NCBI RefSeq assembly: GCF_026571515.1
Contig: NW_026866069.1
Location: forward strand, 62,001-126,000
DNA length: 64,000 nt
Direction of reading: 5' to 3'
Source of the DNA: Ruditapes philippinarum
Taxonomy: Eukaryota
Below the pieces are notes generated by a model, which saw only the letters and a program-made list of their open reading frames with translations, was not told the DNA's origin and searched no databases. Below, one piece after another: positions 24,239 through 35,700 of this stretch (position 1 is the stretch's first letter; every line of letters begins with the position of its first letter). The position numbers and the translations under genes are program-made.

Positions 24239-24477
24239 TACCGTGGCATAGAGATGATATGTGTAAGTTTTTATTTATCGTGTGCACATGATGTGCTATA
24301 ATACTATCTTTTGTGCACAACATAGTTTCTTGTGTGCACTACATAGTATCTTAGTAACTTGTGCCCACAATTTAATTATCTTGTGCACACGACATAGTAT
24401 CTCATGCACAGGACAAATAATATAACATGATATATGATACATAAAAACACGCACATGTCATCTCAGTGCCACTTTAT
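24239..24477. mobile_element. Degenerate MITE with internal about 22-bp gtgcac repeats
   Basis: Imperfect TIR ccgtggcatagagatgatatgtg / cacatgtcatctcagtgccac; internal tcttgtgcac..catag repeats. Confidence 0.55.
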
Positions 24478-25405
24478 AATAGAGTTATCTTCTATGGAAA
24501 ATATTAATCATATGTACATGTTTGTAAGAGAAAAATTGTAAAGAGCCATATCTTGGAACTTGTTATTTAGGTTTTGTAAATCAAGTTTACATAAGTATAC
24601 ATGTATATGCACACATCCTGTAAAATGATATCAAAATCAACAAGAGCATTTTTAAAGTAATTCATTCTTCTATTTTGTAATAAAGATTTTGCAAAGGAAA
24701 ATTTCTGTTCAGAGCCATAATTACATATATACATGTATCTCAAAACTGGTCTGTTAGAATTAAAGGGAACTTTGAATTGAATTTAATGTATAACTATATT
24801 GGTAAGTATACAGAACCTATGGAAATCCCCTAAAGCATAATTGTTTACAGAAATTGTCCTGTGTTACAGAATCTAAACCAATACCATACACAGAATGATG
24901 GTCCTCACACAAGTAACATAGATCACATCAAGCTTGGATAGTAAATCACTAGAGTATGTTTTTATCTGCCCAATATTATTTATACATGTAGTGATCTCTG
25001 TACTTTTTTATGTCAGAATCCATTTAATGTTTTCTCCAAAAATGTAAATGTTTCTTTCTTTGTTGTGTCTGTAAGTGTAAAATATTTGTTACAGAGTATT
25101 ATTTTGTTAAATGTCTGTATAGAAGGCATTAACAAAAATTAAGATTTTATTTTCTCAGAGGAATGATAAAATAATGTATGTCTAATAATGTTTAGTTTAA
25201 TTTTCTTGCATAGGCCTCTAAGAATTGTTTTATTTAAAATGATCAGAATTCAATTTTGTTACACAAATCTGGTAACTTAGGCAACAAAAATGTTTTTTAC
25301 AAGATTTCAAAACACATAAGTTAATTGTTAGAAGGATTTAATGTGGAAGGAAAGACAATAATTCTGTTTATCCTTGGAAACTGATCTGTATTTACAAAAT
25401 ATTAA

Positions 25406-25734
25406 AGCTGCATGCCTCCAAATGAGTCAAATATTTCAAGAAAATCAAACTTGAGAAAAATGTACTAAGACTTTAAGAAAAGTAAAAAGATTCGAGTGAC
25501 ATTACCCGTCAAATTGTCATGTGTGATAAAGGACTGATTTTGCAGTAATTTATCACCATTTTTCTACTGCTTGACTAAAGCAGTCAGGGCTATTTTTGCA
25601 TATTTTGACCTCGTAGAAAGTAATGTTGATTATAAGTGCCATTTGCAGTACATTTTTTGTTCACTTCACAATATTTTATAAATAAATTTTCAAAATTTTC
25701 ATGAAAATTAGAATTAATCTGGAGGCATGCGACT
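25406..25734. mobile_element. Kolobok-like MITE (TTAA TSD)
   Basis: ttaa|agctgcatgcctccaaat ... atctggaggcatgcgact|ttaa. Confidence 0.7.
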
Positions 25735-26239
25735 TTAAGTTTATTAGTCATAGGCATTTGATTCAAGATTTCTTCAGGACAGCCATGGACAATGGGTTAT
25801 ATTGCAATACAATGGCTTTATAATACAAAGGTTTGCAGTATGATATCTTAACTTTGTGAGACAGCAGAATTATATGATTATAAACAAATGTTTTGTTACA
25901 ATATTGTTAAATATATCTTGTTATAAAGTGATGTTTTCTATTGTAATATAGCTTTTGTTATCTCTTATCCTTCAAAACTATTCAAGGTCAAGGAAATAAC
26001 ATTATTTTACTATTTATAAATTTATACAAATAGTTTCATTAGGCTTTTTACCCTTTAACTTTCAAATTAATTTTTTTAAAAGAACAGTGAGAAGTTCAAT
26101 ACTAAGAGGATATTTTTTCGTTTTCGTGAAATATGGAATATATTTTCACTCAACATGATAAAATGCCACATATTTTCACGAGCCGGGACGAAAAAAATAA
26201 CCTTTTTATTTAATTTCATAATAAAAGAAAAATGGTAAT

Positions 26240-26868
26240 GAACCCCCTTGCCCTTGACTTAGAAAAAATTTCCAATTTTCAAATTGTATAGCGCGTAACT
26301 AAAAAAATATTTGACCTTGTGTCATGAAACCTTACAGGAATGTTGATCAGCAGGTGTAGTTGTGCACCTGGGTATTTTCGTGTGGATATTTTTAGTATTT
26401 TTAGAGTTATTGCCCTTGACTTAGTAAAAACTTGCAATTTTCAGCTTGTGTCACACGTAACTCAAAAAAGTATTTCACCTAGAGTCATGAAACCTTACAG
26501 GAATGTTGCTCAGCATGTGTAGTTGTGCACCTGGGTATTTTCGTGTGGATATTTTAGTATTTTTAGTTATTGCCCTTGACTTAGTAAAAATTTACAATAT
26601 TTAACTTGTGTTGCACGTAATTCAAAAAGTTTATGACCTGTAGGCCTGAAAGTTTACAAGAATGTTGGTCAGCATGTGTACTTATGCACTTTGGGGTTCT
26701 CTTGTGGATTTATTCAGTATTTGTAGTATTTGCCATTTACTTAATTCAAGATTTTTAGTTTTCAACTTGGGCAGATGTAGCCAAAAAAAAAATTTGACCT
26801 AGAGACATAAGATTGACAAATCGGTGGAGTGTGGGGGCACCCGTGTTCTATGGACACATTTCTAGTTT
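26240..26868 (+). mobile_element. 3' part of a HINE-like element (about 165-bp monomers)
   Basis: About 3.5 monomers with gttattgcccttgacttag; end gggggcacccgtgttctatggacacatttctagttt resembles the family C terminus. Confidence 0.7.
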
Positions 26869-27391
26869 CCAATAAAAGACCTTTTAAAGTAAGAGGACAG
26901 AATGAGATGCCTTGATTTTAAAATGATAGTCTGTACTGGAGCATAAACTGGAAGAACATAAGTTCTAACTTCAACACTAACCAACTAACTTCAAAATCCC
27001 TTGATGCATGACCAGGAAGACTGCTCATCTTTGACCTGTAAGTGTGACCTTGACCTTGAGGTCTTTGTCTTGCACATGACACACTGTCTCATCATGCCAA
27101 GTTATTTAAAAAGACTTGATGCATTACAGTAATATGTATTTTGCCGGACAAGATTTTCTAACTGCTGATTTTGTAATTACATGTATTTGGTTTATGCAGA
27201 CTAAAGTATATGTTCTTCTAACCAAATACATCATTCAAGAAAACTTCTTTGTTTTAAAACCATGACACCGCATCAAATTCTGATGGTAAATATAACTGCA
27301 GTACTCTAACTCATAAATTGTATGCAATCATGCTTTAACCATTTATTAAGAAAGTATATGTACTAAAATAATGATTCAAAACAATGTCCAA

Positions 27392-28024
27392 TCAACTAGT
27401 GTCAGTATCAACATAGTCTGGTAGATCATCAGAAGCATTAACAGTATCTTTATCATTTCCCACACAGTCATCATAGTCTGGTAGTTCTTCATTAATTTCA
27501 CTCTCATCAATTTTCTCTGTTTTTTCTTTCAAGTCTGACCTTTTAGATTTCCTAAGCTTTATGTTTGGAAAGAATCTAATTTCCCCTGTCCAATTTCGAA
27601 AATATTCCAAATTCTTTCCATTTAACAGGTCAGGCACCTCAATACCTATGGTATCAAACTCATGGTTTTCTCTTTCCTTCGATATTTTGATGGCAGCTTC
27701 ACGAGCCTGGTGCTGTTTTGTTTGCCTATTTCCAACAGAATTTACAATGCCTATCTGTTCCAGCTCATCATTAAATCTTTCTAGGTATGTGCAAGTCAAC
27801 TCTGCTACTTCATTCTTAGTATACATAGACTTCTGAGAATCCAAGTTTGTCTGGTACCACAGAAGCTTTTGCTGAAGATGTTCCTGCTTAATTGCCGATT
27901 CTGCTTTGTTTTTCATTAGCCTATGTTCGCGATTATTTTGCTTTTGAATGTACAGTGCATGTCGACTGTTGGGATGTACCACCTTCTTGGATTTTCCAAC
28001 AACTGCTTTAGGTGCCTTTGGCAT
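27392..28024 (-). CDS. TMA16: Translation machinery-associated protein 16 (single coding exon, 210 aa)
   Basis: MPKAPK...KVVHPNSR, YLERFNDELEQI, REAAIK..ERE..EF..GIEVPDL and FRNWTGE..FFPNIKLRK match the Tma16 family. Acceptor at 28049-28050 upstream of the ATG. Confidence 0.93.
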   Translation of the reverse strand: MPKAPKAVVGKSKKVVHPNSRHALYIQKQNNREHRLMKNKAESAIKQEHLQQKLLWYQTNLDSQKSMYTKNEVAELTCTYLERFNDELEQIGIVNSVGNRQTKQHQAREAAIKISKERENHEFDTIGIEVPDLLNGKNLEYFRNWTGEIRFFPNIKLRKSKRSDLKEKTEKIDESEINEELPDYDDCVGNDKDTVNASDDLPDYVDTDTS

Positions 28025-29399
28025 TTTTGTGTCCTTTTACAGCAACACCTAAAATATACATAAGAGAGGGGTTTTGATAATTTAAATTTTATCTTGAAAA
28101 AAATCTACATAATGATTATGCTTTTATAAGAAGGATTTTTCTGTAGTAGGCTATTCTTCACATAACAATACAAATGTATATTGAAATTCTGATATCCTCA
28201 AAACACACAGTTCACTTGATTTCCCAATTAAAATTAAGCAGGATTGGAGTATTTCCGTTAGTTATAAGTAAGTCAGTCCAACTGGACATGAAATTGGTTT
28301 GTCATATGAATCAACTATTACAGATGTACTCATGAATGAATTGGTAAGCACTTATAGGACCAAAGGTAGTAGGACAGGGTGTAACATGCAATAATTCTTT
28401 GTTATGTTCATTAGGTATTATTAAGTGGTAGGATTTAAGCATAAAGTGCAATAATTCTTTGTTGCTTTTGACCCAGCTTTTGTAACTATGTGTGTATGTC
28501 TACTAGTCATGGTGTTACATACCAGTCGCCCTCCCTCCCCTACCCTGGGGATTTGTGGGACTATAAAGTTTAGATTTTCCAATGAATTCCTTATATTAAA
28601 GCCATGCTTCAACATTGAATTCATGATGTAAAATTCTGGAAAAAGGAAAACAACACAAGAAAAAAGGTGAAAAAATGCAGTGTAGGTTGGATGGAGTCTG
28701 TTTGTGAGAGATGATGAAAGGTGCAACAACTCTCAACTAAAAGTTATAATTTGGAATCAATGATCTTGAAGGACCTCAATAAAAATATAATAATTCCTGC
28801 AACCCATGGTATAGACAGGTTATAATTAGTATCATTCAGGCGCGAACTGGCAATGGGTAAAACAGTCTGTTATTCGTCAGGACTAATTGACAACGGCACA
28901 ATATGATGTGACGTTAAAGTTGACCACAGGCCGAGCTGACTAAAGGACGACTCCAAATCCTATTTACAGTAGAACTTGTAGAACTACAAAACTTAACTGA
29001 ATCCGGGTCAGCTCGGCCCTAAAACGTACTCGGCCCCCGAGTCAGCTCGGCCCTATTCCAACTCGGCATGGGTCAACTTGGCCCACTTTTTAATTATTAA
29101 TATTAAGGTTTGTGTTATCACTATTTATTGTTATTATGAAATTATTTATAAAACACGGATTGACATTTTCAAAGGCTTTTCTTATCAGTAGAATTGCGAG
29201 TAAAGACTACCGATTGCGTATCTCAGTGTATTTCTGACTCGTGGCAGGTGGTAGGTTTAACCATAAACAGATAAATTTAAATACATTCAGTGTCAAACAA
29301 TGTGTTGAAATATACTGAGAGAAAGCTTAACTCTTTATCATACACAACACCAAAACAGGTTTCTGTATCGCATCGCTTTACTTGAAGTGTTGATTCATA

Positions 29400-29545
29400 A
29401 TATCCTACCTTTTCAAATATTTAAAGAGCTACGAGGAATCACAGAATGCTTTTAAACTTAGTCAGTGTTAGTTGCACCACGTTTTGACGAATTTTTTGTT
29501 GTTGTTGTAATAGTTGTTGTTGTTGTTTCAGGAGAGTTAGTTCCC
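29400..29545. promoter_or_regulatory. Putative compact bidirectional promoter / first non-coding exons of TMA16 (-) and METTL22 (+)
   Basis: Minus-strand donor AAG|GTAGGA at 29409 and plus-strand donor GA|GTTAGT near 29536. Both genes have acceptors just upstream of their ATG (28049, 29741). Inference. Confidence 0.4.
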
Positions 29546-29765
29546 TTTTCTTAAATTTGATGTCGATACAATCAGAGACTTAATAGATCTGTGATACAAT
29601 CAATTATTGTAAAAGCTAAACCGTTTAGATTTCTTAGTAAAAAAAACAACAAACAAACTTTCCTTGGTTTTTATAATAGATATGCTTAGAAAAAATTTAA
29701 TTACGTACCAAATTGGGTACGAAATCCAATATCTATTTTTAGATTTGGGAAATTCCAAAAGTAAA

Positions 29766-32700
29766 ATGCTTTCCCAGTCATATGTACAAGATGCAAATGC
29801 ACATGTACTGTCAGAGGTGCACACTGACTGCCAGTTTCAAGTTTTACCAAACTCTGATAATGCAGGTAAGTTTCTTTTTAGTTAAATAGCATCTGCAAGA
29901 AAATAATGTAATAAATTACTTTATAATGATATTAAATTAATTTAAAACATCATCAAGTGACTAGATCTGTAAATTAATATTTATAACAGCATTTCTGTGC
30001 ATGAATTTGGTCAGGTCACAAATGCCAAGTTAAATCAACTTTGCGAACATTGACAGGGCCATTAAATTAGTGTATTAATTGTAGTTTCATGCAAAGTAAT
30101 TTCAGATAGTCTCCGGTAGCAAGCTAGCTTTTTTTACAACAGAATTGAATATAGCAAGCTTATATTTACTAGTAGCCACATGTATTGTCACTTAAGTGTA
30201 CTAACAGGTTAACTTCTATTTAGATTTAATAGGAGTTTACTGTTTTCCCGTTACTGCACTAATTAAGGTGAGAATACATTTACACCTGATTATTTTTAAG
30301 GATTTTCATCCATACATGTATCTCAGAAACTAAATTAACATATTATTATATCTTTCAGTGACAAGATTTAAGATAAATCTTCACAATTTAAAAGCCAAGT
30401 CAGAAGGGCATTACTGCAACAGGAAGGCTGTAAAATTAAAAACAAATGAAAATGTGAACACTGAATTAAACGATAAATGCACAGAATCTGACACTAGATT
30501 TGGACATGAAGAAGAAAAGGATGCATATCATAGAGAGTATAGAAGAACTGAGGATCAAAAAGAGAAGTTTGATGAAGATGGGGACTTGATATTAGATAGA
30601 CACCCCTGTCAAAGTTTAAAACTTGATGACGATAGAGATTTGATATTAGACAGACACTCATGTCAAAGTTTAAAACTAGATGAAGATGGGGACTTGATAT
30701 TAGAAAGACACTCTTGTCAAAGTTTAAAACTCAATGAAGACAGCCACAGGCCTTTGAGCAAGGAGATAGACACACAGGAAGATGAATATAAAGATGTAGA
30801 CTCCTTTGAAATTAAAGATAATAGTGAAGAGACTCCAGTTAGGAAGAAAATAAAGTTAGAAAAGGGAAGTAATACTGGTAATATGAGCTCAATTTTAAAT
30901 GCTGAGGATAACATCAAGGATGATTTAGATTGTGAAACAGAAAATACACCTCGTGACAAATTGATAGAAACAATTCAAAGTTCAATACAAGCATGTCAAC
31001 ATTGTAATGCAAATTATGAAAGTCAAAAGAGACCTTTTGAATTTGACACATCAGGAAAAAATGTAATTGTAAACTCAGAAAGACTTGTCAATGATAGAGT
31101 TAAGATGTGCAAGAACTGTGTCAAAGAGCAACATTCAGGTGAAGATGTGCAGAAAGAAGTCAAGACAGGAATTAGTGATAATGCAGAAAGTTTCAGAAAA
31201 GCTAGTGAGGTCTCGGACACAGTCAAAGACAATGATTATGATTCATCTATTTATTATATAAATATAAGTAGGTATAACTTAACAGTTAAAGGGACTCCAC
31301 TGAGATTTTTTGAAATGTTTGGTCTGAAAATATTTTTTTCCAGATAAATGTACCATTTGATGTAACTTTAGACCACAGACTAATCTTTGTGCAAAATTTC
31401 AGATAATACGCACACTTCGTTTTTTCAGAATAATTATTCAAATTGTAAAAAAATGACCCAAAATGAAAAGCTTTTAAATGCTTTTCACTCAAATCGTGCT
31501 AAAAAAAGCATAAACATACGATTTTCAATTTATTTCAAAGTATATTTCTTAACTGTCTTTGCATATATTTATACCCCCAAAAACGAAGTTTGGGTGGGTA
31601 TATAGGAGTCACCCGGTGGTCGGTCGGTCGGTCGGTCCAGACGTCCGTTGCATTTTCCTTGTCTCTAATGGTTGGAATTCAATATAACTTCATACAATGG
31701 TCAAGCACATTGAGAGGAAGTGCAGTGCACAAGAACCATAACTCCATCATGACTCATTAAAGAGTTATTCCCCTTTGTTACTTTTCCTTGTCCGTGGCAT
31801 AACTTGAAAACTACTGGTTGGAATTCAAAACAACTTCATACAATGGTCAAGCACAATAAGAGGAAGTGTAGCACATAAGAACCATAACTCTGTCTAAAGT
31901 AATTACAGAGTTATTACCCTTTGTTACTTTTCCATTGCTTTTTTCTTGTCCAGAGCATAACTTGAAAAGTACTATTTGGAATTCAATACAATTTCATACA
32001 ATGGTCAAGCATATTGAGAGGAAGCGCAGTGCACAGAAACTATAACTCTTTCTTGACTCATTTAAGAGTTTTTGCCCTTGGTTACTTTTAAATGTCCAGT
32101 GCATAACTTGAAAATTATTGTTTGGAATTCAATGAAACTTCATACAATGGTCAAGGGCAGTGAGATGAAGTGTTTTTGTTACTTTTTTGTCCAGTGCATA
32201 ACTTGAAAAACTAGTAGTTGGAATTCAATACAAACTTCATACATGGTCAAGCGAAATGAGAGGAAGTGCAGTGTACAATAACCATAACTCCATCTTCAGT
32301 ATTTGTAGAGTTATTACCCTTTGTTCCCTTTCCTTGTCCAGTGCATAACTTAAAACTAATGTTTAGAATTCAATGCAACTTCATTCAATGGTCAAGCGCA
32401 ATGAGAGGAAGTGCAGTGCTCAAGAAGCATAACTCTTTCTGGATTTATTACAAAGTAATTCAATAAAACTTCATCAATGGTCAACCATATTGTAAGGAAA
32501 TGCAACATACAAAAACCACAACAATATTTAATTGCCCACAACCATAACTCTTTTTCAATTCTTTAACAAGGTATTCTGTAACTTCCTCATTTCTGAAGCA
32601 GTCTTGTGGGGTATTAAATAGTTCTTGTTCTGAGCCCCAGCTCATTTATGTAAGAAATTCAAATGTTATGTATTTAGGCTTTTAAAGCTCAGTGGAGTCC

Positions 32701-35700
32701 TTTTAATACATGGATATATTAATTTATTGATTATGATTAATTACAAAAATATGTTGTTACAATGCAAATATAGTTACTTTATTTCAGTTCAAAACTCACA
32801 CATGTTAACTTTGTATTTATTTGTAATATCAGATATTAAATGTCCAGGTCCTGCTGGCTTCAAAACTATTTATGTACAAAGTAATAAAATCTCAATAACC
32901 TTGTAGAATTGTAAGCTTCATGTATAAAAGAAATTGAGCTTTGTTACTGTAATCTTTTTACTGCTGAGGCAGGAATAATGGTTTGTCTATGCCAATATTA
33001 AGTATAACTGTACAAATGTATACAGCTGACAAAAGTTCATGTATGTTTATATTCAAATCCATGATGCCCACACAAGCATTATTTCCAAGATAAAAGCTGG
33101 AGAAGTACATACTGTATACTTAGATATTTAAGGGTATAGCCTTTAAAAAATTTAAGACATTCTTTTACTAGAAGATACTAGAAATCATAATTTTGAATTT
33201 ATTGCAGAGCACAGTTTGTCTACAGAATTAAATAATGTAGGTGAACAGGTATGTTACTTTAAGCCACATGTATTTAATTTCCAACATTATGAATTTTTAT
33301 TTAGTATAACAACATAATAGAAATTGCTTCATATTTATAAGCATTGATAGAATCTCTAACAAGTTGACATCTTAAGACTGTTATAACTTTAAAAAGTTGT
33401 TCTGAAAAGATCTTACTAACATGTGAAATGTATTTAAGTTGGCTGAGTTTATTTCATTTATTTTAGGACTGTTTAGTGGCTGAGTTTATTATGTTGTGTA
33501 CATTTATTTAGGACTATCTTAACTTGAAAGTCATTTTATAATATTTTGTTCTTTCTCTAGACAGTTTTGAGAAACTTAGCCTTTCTTTGGCAAATAAAAG
33601 CTTGATGTACTTCATCTTTGTTTTTAGGTATGGCATGGTTCTCTGTTACTAAGTGACTATATTATATGTAACCATGGCAACTTTGATGACAAGGTCATAG
33701 TAGATTTGGGAGCAGGTGTAGGACTGTCCAGTATTGTTGCTGCCATGTATGCAAAGATGGTGTACTGTACTGGTAATATTGTGTTGTTGGTGGTGGTGGT
33801 GGTGTTTTTTTTACAACTTTGGAATCTTTATTCAGCAAAGATTTTGATAAATGAAATTTGGCAGTGCATGTTAAAGTATTTGATGTTGTTTAATGTCATT
33901 ATTTGGAATTAAGTGTAAACCACCATAGGTGTTAAATATAGTAAAATGAAACATATTAAGCCTATTATAAAAGAATTGTGTGACAAATTTTGATTTTCTT
34001 AATTTCAAAAGAATGTCTAAAGTACAAAAGTGATATTATATGAGGTGCTCTAAGTTAAATCAAAAGAAATTTGTTTTATATATTCCTTCTTGAATGTTAT
34101 ATAAGTGAAAATAGAACTATAATACAAACTTATATTTCTTAGATACTGGGGAGAAGATTTTATCACTGGCAGAGAGCAATATTTTAACAGCCAGGACTTG
34201 CCCAACTCTTCCTAGACAACTGTGTGATGTACATGTCAAAGAATTGGACTGGTTTAAAGGAATGGAAGGTTTGTAAAATAGAAAAAGCAAATAAATGGGT
34301 TCTCTATACATTGATTAGCTATAGCAAATCATTTAATATTCATATCTTTGAGATGCATGAAGTTTACCAATAGGAACAGGGTTTGATTCTTATTTTGAGA
34401 ATTACAATTACTGAATCCTAGTATTTCTGGGTTATTTCACCATAAGTAAATTCTTGTATATCTGCCTTGAGTATACATAAGAACTTCAGTCTTGATGACA
34501 AAGTGGTGAAGTTTCCTGATGTCTATTTTTGGTTTGTAACAAATAATTCCATTCTTTGCCTTTATAATTTAACACTTTTCTTACTGAATTTATTAAATGC
34601 ATTTTGCCCTGCTTTAGATTGGAATAGTCTATTCATAATTTAAGGGATTTCAATATCAAAATACAAATATTCAGCTATACATATAAGTGCAGACTGGCCT
34701 GGCAAAAGCTAAACACTTAGTTTGTTACAGCAGGTTCAGGGTTAGACACTAATTAGTTTGTCACAAGTGACAGGACTGAGCTCAAAATTTAATTGAACTC
34801 TCAACAGGCATTTCATAAAAACTTATGGCATCTCTGAGGAAGTAATGATTTTGTAAATATTTTAATTTTATCACTAAACCTAATAAGATTTTTAAAAATG
34901 GACTTTTTGGTCTCTATAATCAGTTTTGGGGATATTAAGGTTAAATTTAAAGTAAGCTAAAATAATAGCCTGACTGCTCAGGCTGGTCTGGCTCTTAATA
35001 GATGACAAAAGCTTGTCCATTATGATTTCAGCAGCATACATGTAACTAGCTGCATAAGGGTCAAATGAATTGAAATTTGATAATCAAAAGTTCCCTTATT
35101 AAAATATAATGTTTTCCAGAGAGTTTTGAGATAAAGCTCCAGGGTTATGATCTAATCAGTATGCAGCATTTTCAATAAAAACATATGGTGACAGATGCAA
35201 GGTCACCGTCTTGTAATGCCAAACATTCATCATTTGACAGACATGATAAATTATGTATGTTTTAATGTATATATCTATAATTTTAATTGGATGATACAGA
35301 TTATTTGGTATTTTCATGTAAGAATTTGTATCACATGTTGCAAATTCTATACTTTGCATAAGTAATATGATTTTTAAAAAGTACCCATTATACATTATAT
35401 AAAAAAAATTATGAATATGTACATTATGAGGCACATTATCCCTCAGAAACAAATAAATGAGCCCATGTTAGCTGCTTTTAACCTGAAGAAAGTAGTTGTA
35501 AATGTGAAATTATCTGTCATAAAAGTAACAAAATGTAAACAAAGTAGTATAAACTGTTTTTTTACTTCCAAACTGAATCACTAATACTGTACTAATTGGA
35601 TGAAAAAGATAGTTTAGGTGATTGGCCAATGAGTAACTTTTTTAAGACTACAAAAATTAAATGCTTTTGAGATATTAATATGAAAGGATTATCTGAGGCA

